Of a DNA stretch of 25,527 bases, positions 18,701 through 25,527 are shown one piece after another. Under the pieces are notes generated by a model. That model was given only the letters and a program-made list of their open reading frames with translations. It made no database searches and was not told where the DNA came from. The stretch lies in the IMG/VR virus record IMGVR_UViG_3300044217_004145, positions 1-25,527 of that record. The stretch is one strand, 5' to 3'. The DNA is from a virus. Taxonomy: Duplodnaviria > Caudoviricetes. The position numbers and the translations under genes were made by a program. The first letter of the stretch is position 1. Each line of letters starts with the position of its first letter.

Positions 18701-19966
18701 ACCACACAAAAGAGCCAGTCTCGGTCCTGTAAACCCATAAAACTCACCTGTTTCTTGTGATATGAAAAAACCGGGACATTGTTCTAAAGTTGTTATGATA
18801 CTCTCACCATTACCTAAACAGCAGGCTCCTGTTGAGCCACTTAAGCCACCATAGAATGATCTCGCATAAGATGTATCGACCGGTGTGAATGGTGACGCAC
18901 ATGCGTGTGCCTCATCATAGGAAACTAATTCAGAACTATCGTTTCTACTAACAAGGTTTATGTAAAATTTTGTTCCGACACGAAGAACCGTGTAAACATC
19001 TCTACCGCCACTCCAACACGGCTGAGAGTTTGATGGATGGATAATTTCAAACTCTGATCCTTGACTTGTTGTAAATCTCGGTGATGTTTGATTTGGTTCA
19101 CCACCGTCTACTATGACAAAGAAAGTTTCCATGCCGTCGAAAACATCCACTCCAGATAGTAATATCTCAACTGGATGGTATTGCTGACGATCTTCTTGTG
19201 GAATAAGAGTAGGAACATTGATAATAAATGTTTTCGCTCCTTTTGGATTCTTTTGAGAATAATCTCTATCATTTACATCAATAGAAACACGAGCCCCCAG
19301 ACCATCTGTTCCAAACGTATCTAAAGTAACATTGTCATCAACGCTGTGAATATGACGAACAGGTTCTCTGTAACTTTCAACAGTTAACTTTTTAACTTTG
19401 CTTCCAATTGAGTTGGACAAATCTGCCGTTGTGCCAGCGATTCCTGCTAAATTACTGGATGTGTTAAATTCTACAAGTTGTCCAGTTAATCCAGAGGCAA
19501 GATCAGTATATCCGGATCCAATAATATCATAATTAATTTCTATACCGCCACCATCTCCAACACCAGAGATGGAAAGATAATTACCTTTAACGTTTATTTT
19601 TCTGAGGGAAATTGAATTTAAATCAAACGTTGCACCTAAACTAACTCCAGTTCCAATGTTTGTAAAGTTTGCGAGTTGTGTTGAAGTTCCTGTATTTCCA
19701 AGAATGGCTGTTGAACCAGAGTTATAGATCGCATCAATTGTTCTACCATATGTGATCCCATGCTCAGTTTCTGTAACAAATATAATTGAGGTATTATCAC
19801 TATTTGGAATGATAGCAGAGAAACTTTCTCCTGTAGGACCAACGTTTCCGATTGGGCCTAAAGATCCAGTGGATCCAGTTCCCCCCGTGGGACCAGTCGG
19901 CCCAGTTGCTCCAGTCGGACCTGTTCCGGTGTTGCGAAAAGCACTACTACCATATATGATGGGCAT
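15800..19966 (-). CDS. Giant collagen-like fibre protein with GACC repeats and DUF1566/Lcl-like domain
   Basis: 1388 aa; MPIIYGSS plus 11 triplets; four G(A/P)CC repeats; PGQLYGGGVVVGIF...PWYIPSPDEL...YWTSS...VRAIRLI; extra Cys repeat and Ser/Thr tail; TAATG coupling. Confidence 0.8.
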   Translation of the reverse strand: MPIIYGSSAFRNTGTGPTGATGPTGPTGGTGSTGSLGPIGNVGPTGESFSAIIPNSDNTSIIFVTETEHGITYGRTIDAIYNSGSTAILGNTGTSTQLANFTNIGTGVSLGATFDLNSISLRKINVKGNYLSISGVGDGGGIEINYDIIGSGYTDLASGLTGQLVEFNTSSNLAGIAGTTADLSNSIGSKVKKLTVESYREPVRHIHSVDDNVTLDTFGTDGLGARVSIDVNDRDYSQKNPKGAKTFIINVPTLIPQEDRQQYHPVEILLSGVDVFDGMETFFVIVDGGEPNQTSPRFTTSQGSEFEIIHPSNSQPCWSGGRDVYTVLRVGTKFYINLVSRNDSSELVSYDEAHACASPFTPVDTSYARSFYGGLSGSTGACCLGNGESIITTLEQCPGFFISQETGEFYGFTGPRLALLCGATGSGISANGPCCILNQETNDTDCFNYFTPDECLTFGRSEGIVSTFTNFKDFLPNCDLNIVDTPCDCVDCLSSVKLIGACCDGLGGCSEITKYECDRSGGFFQGTGIRCETDTCSGGTGACCTGYSCEDGVTGEHCIEIGSKYAGKGSKCHTTTCRINFDPDQSYDFYRDRTVAPLLQPGQLYGGGVVVGIFNPYGSLCYGNTGHGEVRSDQETKNIVEVYPAGNTFGSARIPESIIKEEPRSGYYRSQYDFHGYGFNDKKGRRYFNGLSYPNDDLGEVREDAWYVILSLEDAKDRDGDKNVYWGLTGSNYGPITNIGRELQQQIQNPGSQKYLDIDVREGYDGINTTNPPILEGGQYGGYFRSAFATKEGHWRKTFDTSYGATAGIPFTPTSLRRDSVTDWKLARGGGTTSLEKLYSKVAAGGQYQVRDELGPDYNGLWHRNWGLHNSVRMAHALVDSKYKCNGTASSNCNGIYDYIAPDGSRTYLCEDLNISCGCEYVSINSIPLRVPGCPNSPNYFFPAGSIQNIRSALPPVPTPDDYVFADGLTTLSRYNKSMYLGRYWFGEVTNTGTGGIPYDKTAIGAIRNTNDDRAFTENQPCPKRYCGDSTTNYIYPNPPFMSPWYIPSPDELSWIARQLIDNDLGNSLMLAGAEPMVGEYWTSSGAFDFSEKTTIGVTGDTINTDAFTAQKNHLQTGEGLLYSAKGITATALYTGLTLEIFNNRPGQTADNPTIRGHMTKAWTQSFPNNPTILEPFQLEFFFRTHKRNKTDYTAKVRAIRLIRVDGRYPKAGYHCHLGNCNFNKPGPYIDNNARLWYMPYLNIPGNEANINEHHFMFSYTSGSERAANIFNDGFIHRGLFADEGGDPQLGTYFNSSSYGSCTLRDGSCFVTSKYNCVNYLNATYGGDGSSCPRSYERHFARPTEPSETSETSVIMQQRTTQTNINTSASTTSTSSMQSRSTGYSTGY
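15868..15875 (-). promoter_or_regulatory. T4 late promoter consensus TATAAATA
   Basis: Exact match (tatttata on +), about 70 nt upstream of the 1327-aa start and inside the 3' end of the upstream CDS. Confidence 0.6.
18236..18830 (-). repeat. Four tandem G(A/P)CC Cys-rich repeats
   Basis: GACCLGNG; GPCCILN; GACCDGLGGC..CDRSGGFFQGTGIRC; GACCTGYSC..CIEIGSKYAGKGSKC. Confidence 0.9.
19823..19921 (-). repeat. Collagen-like (Gly-X-Y)11
   Basis: GPT GAT GPT GPT GGT GST GSL GPI GNV GPT GES. Confidence 0.9.
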
Positions 19967-21141
19967 TATGAAACTCCGAGTCGAGTTTTCAGTGAAGCAA
20001 GTTGGGTGTCTAGTGTGTTAACCTTGTCGTTGATGTCAGAAATTTCTGAAGAATCATTTGTTTTTGTTGTCAGTTTAGTTGTTACTTCTAATTCTTTAAC
20101 TTTCACTCTCGATGGTATGTTTACACCTGTCAAAGTTCTTGCTCGCATTGCAACAGACATTTGTGCCGTTTGACTTAAAAGTGATCCCGTTCCGGCAACA
20201 TTGAATATATTTGATAGGACTGTAATTTGTGGAAGATTAAAATGTGTTTGACGAATTGATGCTACATCATACGCTTTATTCTGATCGTAAATAGGCTTAG
20301 TCAAATCTAAAAATGTATCTCCATTTTTATCAAAAGTTATCGTATTGTTTGTGGTGTCAACATCCGAAACAAAAATATTAAAACGAGTATTTTTTCCTTT
20401 ATTTTTCTGAATCAGTGTTTTTCCTTTTAATGAAGTAACAACTGGAGTGCTTAGTGTCATCACATAAGTCGCTCCATAGGTTGAACCGAAAATATTGAAA
20501 AGTTCTTCATAATTAGAAACCGATAAACTTTGAACACCATCGCTTACTTTGATAAAATTATTATTTAATGGTTGTCCATTATCAATGTATGTCATGACTT
20601 GACCAACAAGTTCAGATTCATCAGTGCCGGCAATTTCACCACCAACTGCATACCCAATGTAGTTTAAAACTATTGCGTTATTTGTTCCATCATCAGCCAT
20701 TTGAAGAACGGGTTTTACAATTTCGGTTGGATTGTCTGGTGCGATGTTAACCAAATCACCAGAGGTTCCAGCACTCAAAAAGTAAATATCATTTCCACCA
20801 CTCGCTCCATCTAAATAACCCTCAACAGTTTGATTTATCAGTCTACCAGTGGGATAATTAATTTGTCCAAAAATAACAATATACAAATTTGTGTCATCTA
20901 TACTTTCGACAACACCGACAACTTCTGCATTTTCAACCAAATTGGCTCTTGCTTCAATCCAGTGTTTACTGTCAGGATTACTCACATCATAACGCACCAC
21001 ACTCCCTGCCACAATTTGAGGATCAACACTATATTCTGTGCTAACTTTAGGGACGGTTGCAATAATTCTAGATCCAACTGAATTTAATCCAATTGCATTT
21101 ATGTTAGAAAAAATATTAGAACTGGCTGAGCAACTCGACAT
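19966..21141 (-). CDS. Virion structural protein with tail-collar-like region
   Basis: 391 aa; N-terminal domain paralogous to repeats in the 758-aa ORF (GSVVRYD..ARAN..AEVVGVV..YFLS..KPVL); collar-like LVGQVMTY...DG..SLSVSNYEELFNIFGSTYG...FNLP; C-terminal coiled-coil-like segment; SD GAGGT. Confidence 0.75.
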   Translation of the reverse strand: MSSCSASSNIFSNINAIGLNSVGSRIIATVPKVSTEYSVDPQIVAGSVVRYDVSNPDSKHWIEARANLVENAEVVGVVESIDDTNLYIVIFGQINYPTGRLINQTVEGYLDGASGGNDIYFLSAGTSGDLVNIAPDNPTEIVKPVLQMADDGTNNAIVLNYIGYAVGGEIAGTDESELVGQVMTYIDNGQPLNNNFIKVSDGVQSLSVSNYEELFNIFGSTYGATYVMTLSTPVVTSLKGKTLIQKNKGKNTRFNIFVSDVDTTNNTITFDKNGDTFLDLTKPIYDQNKAYDVASIRQTHFNLPQITVLSNIFNVAGTGSLLSQTAQMSVAMRARTLTGVNIPSRVKVKELEVTTKLTTKTNDSSEISDINDKVNTLDTQLASLKTRLGVS

Positions 21142-21149
21142 TTATTACC

Positions 21150-23426
21150 TCATGAACTTTCTGAAGGATCAACGTTGTTATTTAGGTCGGCATCTGCAAC
21201 ATAATGAACAGCAACTGAATCAAAGTTTGCAAATCCGTTAAGTGCTTTAAGCAAAATACCATCTTTTGTTATTTGCTGCACGGTTATAGTCTCCGCACCC
21301 GCTGGGGCTGATCTTGGTGCAAAATTAAGACCTTTTCCACCTGCGGTGAGTTTCATATTTTTTCCTGCCGTGCGATTATAGGCATCCCCAGTTGTTCCAT
21401 CAAACGCTGAGTGTAGAGTGATCGTTGGAGTTGCCCTCATTCTATGTGGGAATCTTTCATACTGATCATTTTCAGGAGCCAACACTTTAAAGTTTACAGA
21501 AGTTGAATCTGGTATGTTGTTTATCGAAGTTGACGTTCCAGTTATCATATCTGGTGCATAACTTCTTTGATAAAATCTCGCACACGGAATATATTCTTCC
21601 TCAATTGTTTTTTCTGTCACCGGAGTGGATGCAGTTCCCTTTTCAAGTTTAACTTGTGCCAAGTCAATCGTTGCGTTGAGTTTAGTTACATCTATGCCGA
21701 CTGCGAAGTAGTTCGTTGTTCCTGTTGGAGCAGATTCCATCTCTGGGACATTAAACACTGTGACATACTTAGTAAAATCTGTTCCTAGTTCAAACGTTCC
21801 AACACTTGTTTTTGTTTCATTGGTTAGGCCGTTATAATTTTGCTTAATGAATGCCTCACATGTTGCACCAGCGTCACCACCAACTCTCCTAGCATAGAAA
21901 GAGAGAGTTAAATTTTCTCCACGGAATGAATCTGCACCCTCAACTCTATTTTCAATGTGTGAGAATTGTATTGCTGAGTTTGTCACTCCGTGAGCAACAT
22001 TTGAAAGTCTAGCAAAATACAAAGGATTGCCCTCAACGAGTGTTTGGGTGTTTGCAAAATCTTTTCTTTCAATTGATGTGGAATAACCAGTATTTCCATA
22101 ACTATCTAAACGAACCCACCTATCTGCGAAGTATGTTGGTCCCGTTGCCGCATGAGCCCCATCAATACCAATTCCTCGTTGCCAAATGGTAAGTGATCCG
22201 TTTGCAATCAGGTTGTCGTTAACGTATGAAGCGTTTCCAGTTGCACCCGTATTTCCAAACAAGTTTGGTGGTGTGTTTCTTGAATACTGTGCGGGTGGTG
22301 TAAAGTTTGTTCCAGATCCCGCAGCGGCTCCAACAACTCCCCCATTTGTTGGGTGAATCACCAATCCATAATCACCACCAATGATAACGCCAACTCCAAT
22401 AACAGATGAGTTTGAGCCAGGATCAGTCGTAACTAAATCACCATTGGCATTAACGAATAATGGTCCCGCTAAACTTACTGGTGACTTGACAACAAATCCG
22501 TTAGTTACAATTTTCACAACACCAGAAGGTAAACCGGAAGCGTTGTCCTCTGTGATAACACCTAACACAGATCCCATTGATTGTGCATTTGTCCCGTTCG
22601 TGATTTCAAACGATCCGTTGTTGAATGAAACAACTTTTCCACGAGTGAAAGTGCCACCAACACCAGTGATAAACATCGCATTGTTATCACCCTGTGCTGC
22701 ACCTGTTCCACCCGTTCCGCTAAGAAATTGTCCTCTAAAATTAAACAGAACACCAGCGGTTGTTCCAGTAGCGATCAACACTGGTTTTGAAACTGTTCCG
22801 ACAACAGTTGTTTCGTCTGTGGTTAATTGACCTCCAGTGTCTGCACTCAAGAAGTGAACACAACCAGCGGTAAGACCGAAGTTTGCATCAAGGTCTTTTC
22901 TTCCTTGCAAATTAACAAAACCATGTGTAGCAATTGAAAGTCCTTCGGCTTCGGTATCACCTATGACAATACCCAAAACTTCTGCCGATGTCGCTGAATT
23001 TGCTTTTGCTAAGGTTAATCCAGCACCCTCACCCCGGTCGGCATCAAAACGAACAACATCACCAATTTTGATTTCAGAGTTTCCAGTGAAACTGGTATTA
23101 AGTGTGCTAACTCCAGTAAATGCTTGCTGAAAATCATAATTTAAAGTTCCGTTAATGGAAATATCACCGTTGAATGTAAGTCCTTTATTAATAACATCGG
23201 CAAGTTCAACCATCATATCACCAGCAGAGACTCCGGCTCCACCAATACCAACACTGTCTGCCGTTGAACCAACAACGACATTTATACCGTCACCTGAAAT
23301 ACCATCATAAACTCTGAGACGATTAAGTTTGTTAATTATCTCTGTGTTCGTTTTCGATGCCCACTCAAAGAATGAGGTATTCGAATTTAGTTCTTCTATT
23401 TGAAATGAATTATCTTCAACGCCCAT
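21150..23426 (-). CDS. Tail fibre-like protein with C-terminal carbohydrate-binding-like domain
   Basis: 758 aa; N-terminal SFFEWASKTN motif of T4-like fibre proteins; two internal repeats; C-terminal NLIANGSLTIWQRG..YFADRW...QVKLEKGTASTP..CARFYQRSY pattern common in phage fibres. Confidence 0.8.
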   Translation of the reverse strand: MGVEDNSFQIEELNSNTSFFEWASKTNTEIINKLNRLRVYDGISGDGINVVVGSTADSVGIGGAGVSAGDMMVELADVINKGLTFNGDISINGTLNYDFQQAFTGVSTLNTSFTGNSEIKIGDVVRFDADRGEGAGLTLAKANSATSAEVLGIVIGDTEAEGLSIATHGFVNLQGRKDLDANFGLTAGCVHFLSADTGGQLTTDETTVVGTVSKPVLIATGTTAGVLFNFRGQFLSGTGGTGAAQGDNNAMFITGVGGTFTRGKVVSFNNGSFEITNGTNAQSMGSVLGVITEDNASGLPSGVVKIVTNGFVVKSPVSLAGPLFVNANGDLVTTDPGSNSSVIGVGVIIGGDYGLVIHPTNGGVVGAAAGSGTNFTPPAQYSRNTPPNLFGNTGATGNASYVNDNLIANGSLTIWQRGIGIDGAHAATGPTYFADRWVRLDSYGNTGYSTSIERKDFANTQTLVEGNPLYFARLSNVAHGVTNSAIQFSHIENRVEGADSFRGENLTLSFYARRVGGDAGATCEAFIKQNYNGLTNETKTSVGTFELGTDFTKYVTVFNVPEMESAPTGTTNYFAVGIDVTKLNATIDLAQVKLEKGTASTPVTEKTIEEEYIPCARFYQRSYAPDMITGTSTSINNIPDSTSVNFKVLAPENDQYERFPHRMRATPTITLHSAFDGTTGDAYNRTAGKNMKLTAGGKGLNFAPRSAPAGAETITVQQITKDGILLKALNGFANFDSVAVHYVADADLNNNVDPSESS

Positions 23427-23441
23427 TCTTTTCCCCGGTTA

Positions 23442-25527
23442 TTATTTGTAACGGTGTAACAGCAAGTTGTTCATATACCTAACTGTCTTATTTATATGGT
23501 CTACAAAAACAACAGGAGCAAAATTTGTCGCAGTTGGACCGGAAATTCCATACGATGTAGAGACGCCAGAAAACTCATATGCTATTCTATTTGCACCTCG
23601 TTTAGATGAGTTGACACTAAGAATTGAAGGATCCTCAGTCGGAGTATTTACACTCTCTTTAATTTTCAATCCAACGATTGTTAATCCTTGGTCCTTATCT
23701 GGAACTTTTGCAATAAAGTTTGATGAATCCTCATTTGGATGTTTCAAATATATTTTATTCGTCATTCCAACACTATTTGCGTCCTCCGTGGTAATTCTCG
23801 TGTGATAATTGCTTTCATTAAAATAAATTACCAAGGAGTTTGTGTCGATTTCAAAATCAAATTCTAGTGGTGGTGACACAGCGTTAATGAATGAATCTCC
23901 GGATTGTGCAACAAAAATATTAAAATCGCTCGGAGTAAACGGAGTGGCACCATCCCAGAATGGACCCTTTATTGGACCTGGGTTAATAACCCCTTCTTCG
24001 TCAGTTTCTGGTGTGACAAAGTTTTGTGAGTTTTGACCCGGTGGTTGATATGGATACTGCCCTCCGCCCGTCCAACTCCAATTGTAAAAAATGTCAGTGA
24101 TATTTGTTCGCTCTTCTGTTTGGATCTCTTGAACATCATTTAAGTCTTGTGAGTTAACATTAAAATCATTCATGAAACCAACGTACCTATAATTTTTATT
24201 ACTATTTGGTCTGTTTGTCACATACCCTTCAATGTGTGCATCTGCGTCCAAAGGATAAACGGTATCTGGTAATCTTAAAGAATTGTCAACTATGTTAATT
24301 AAGTCTCGTTCACCGACATATTCTCGAATCGCTCTCTTTGCTGTTGTAAGTGATCCTATAGTTCTTGCACTAAACGGAGATTGCACTCCTGTTGATAATT
24401 TACCTGTTGATACCGCATTACATCTTGGCTCAGGACCAATAATTCCTCCAACACAACCAACGACTTCCTCTCTAAAAATATAAGCAATAAAATCGTATAA
24501 GTTTTGATATATTTTTTTCTTCTCTTCAAACACCCGTAAAATTGCTTCAATTTTTGGCACATAGCACGGACAAACTTCTACATCTTGATTGTTTTCATAA
24601 TCCGATGCTTGCTCAATAAGTGCATTGCATTTTAAAATGATTGTATCACAAAAATTGTCTATTGGTATCTGTAACGCTTCCAACGCTGATAAAATTTTAC
24701 CCGTGATAACATAAAATCCGTACAAAAGACCAGCACTTGCTTTTAACATTGTCCTAAAGCACGGAGAGTCTTGAATACTCGGAACCTGCCCGCCAGGAGG
24801 AGTTTCATAGTCTGGTGGGAATTGAGATGGAGTGCCCCACATTGAAGCCCCTAGTTTGGGGAAAAGACATGATGGTAGTAAAATGCCGCTCACGGCACCC
24901 TCACCTGCCCAATCATATAACAAACAACCGTTGGGACTTTCCTCACGAGGTGCGTTTGGATTTCCAAAGGAGCCTCCCGTATCATAAGTTGAAGAAACAC
25001 ACTCCCTATCCGAAGGATCACTAACGGAACAACAACATTGTGCGTAATTTGAATATGGGGCTACTAGTAATTCTTTTATAGAATCCGCTAAAGAAATTGT
25101 TTTTTCTTTTAAAAGCGTCCGACCATGATTGCAAATTCTTTCCGGATGAAGAAAAAAGCAACCATAATTGATATCAGAATTACGAATATCCGAACCTCTA
25201 TCTGGAACACTTATTTCTGCACAAACAGTGCTCGGAATACATGGTGTTGTGTAACACTCTGATAGGGTAACAGTTTCTGTAATACTTGTTGCTCCCAACA
25301 ATCCTAGGTCTTTCGTGCCTCGTTGCACCTCACCATAAAAAACGGGGACTGTTTCTCTAGGTGTCGCAAATAACCAACTTCTTATATTGTCAAACAGTAT
25401 TTTTACTTGTCTGTTTAAAGTGGGATTACCGTTTGCGTTTAACGGAGAGAAAGGTTTAATATCTGCTTTTCCGTCTGAATCCCACGGACAACGATTGTTA
25501 TTTTCCCAACCCAACTCTGGCAAAGCA
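23442..25527 (-). CDS. Cys-rich virion protein with C-terminal DUF4815/VrlC-like segment, probably 5'-truncated
   Basis: The frame is open to the right edge (TTG at 25523 is preceded by in-frame GCT). NYRYVGF..VNSQDLNDVQEIQ and VGLKIKESVNTPTEDPSI..RGANRI resemble DUF4815 N-terminal motifs. Confidence 0.7.
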   Translation of the reverse strand, partial: ALPELGWENNNRCPWDSDGKADIKPFSPLNANGNPTLNRQVKILFDNIRSWLFATPRETVPVFYGEVQRGTKDLGLLGATSITETVTLSECYTTPCIPSTVCAEISVPDRGSDIRNSDINYGCFFLHPERICNHGRTLLKEKTISLADSIKELLVAPYSNYAQCCCSVSDPSDRECVSSTYDTGGSFGNPNAPREESPNGCLLYDWAGEGAVSGILLPSCLFPKLGASMWGTPSQFPPDYETPPGGQVPSIQDSPCFRTMLKASAGLLYGFYVITGKILSALEALQIPIDNFCDTIILKCNALIEQASDYENNQDVEVCPCYVPKIEAILRVFEEKKKIYQNLYDFIAYIFREEVVGCVGGIIGPEPRCNAVSTGKLSTGVQSPFSARTIGSLTTAKRAIREYVGERDLINIVDNSLRLPDTVYPLDADAHIEGYVTNRPNSNKNYRYVGFMNDFNVNSQDLNDVQEIQTEERTNITDIFYNWSWTGGGQYPYQPPGQNSQNFVTPETDEEGVINPGPIKGPFWDGATPFTPSDFNIFVAQSGDSFINAVSPPLEFDFEIDTNSLVIYFNESNYHTRITTEDANSVGMTNKIYLKHPNEDSSNFIAKVPDKDQGLTIVGLKIKESVNTPTEDPSILSVNSSKRGANRIAYEFSGVSTSYGISGPTATNFAPVVFVDHINKTVRYMNNLLLHRYK
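23489..23496 (-). promoter_or_regulatory. T4 late promoter consensus TATAAATA
   Basis: Exact match about 63 nt upstream of the 758-aa gene start, within the 3' end of the upstream CDS. Confidence 0.6.

Noticed and set aside
6676-19966. Eukaryotic or giant-virus origin suggested by the Cys/Pro-rich proteins
   Set aside because: The genes are translationally coupled and contiguous with T4-like gp13-gp17, with SD sites and late-promoter boxes.
9132-25024. Numerous short (60-150 aa) plus-strand and off-frame ORFs
   Set aside because: All are nested in long minus-strand CDSs and have no recognisable motifs.
1-25527. CRISPR array, tRNA/ncRNA or alternative genetic code
   Set aside because: There is almost no intergenic space and no spaced direct repeats, and the long ORFs tile the window under the standard code.

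Overview
This window is a gene-dense stretch of a T4-like (myovirus) phage virion-morphogenesis region, with every credible gene on the minus strand. In transcription order (right to left) it holds a 5'-truncated Cys-rich protein ending in a DUF4815/VrlC-like segment, two fibre/baseplate-type proteins (758 aa and 391 aa), about 15 kb of giant cysteine-rich fibre-like genes (1388, 1327, 1712 and 669 aa), a small Cys-rich protein, an intrinsic terminator with a late-promoter-like box, and then the canonical gp13-gp14-gp15-gp16-gp17 block. gp17 (large terminase) runs off the left edge and is missing from the supplied ORF track. The most unusual element is the fibre cassette. Three paralogues share an MxxIYGSS N-terminus followed by exactly 11 Gly-X-Y collagen triplets. 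All four giant proteins carry GxCC Cys-rich repeats. Three end in DUF1566/Lcl-like lectin-type domains, one has an inserted LamG-like domain and one has a ~99-residue polyproline linker. A G-x-T-[G/A] motif recurs across the virion proteins, including the variable parts of gp13/14/15, but I did not see it in the terminase subunits; it may be a modification (glycosylation) sequon. All family assignments come from motif recognition by eye; no searches were run.
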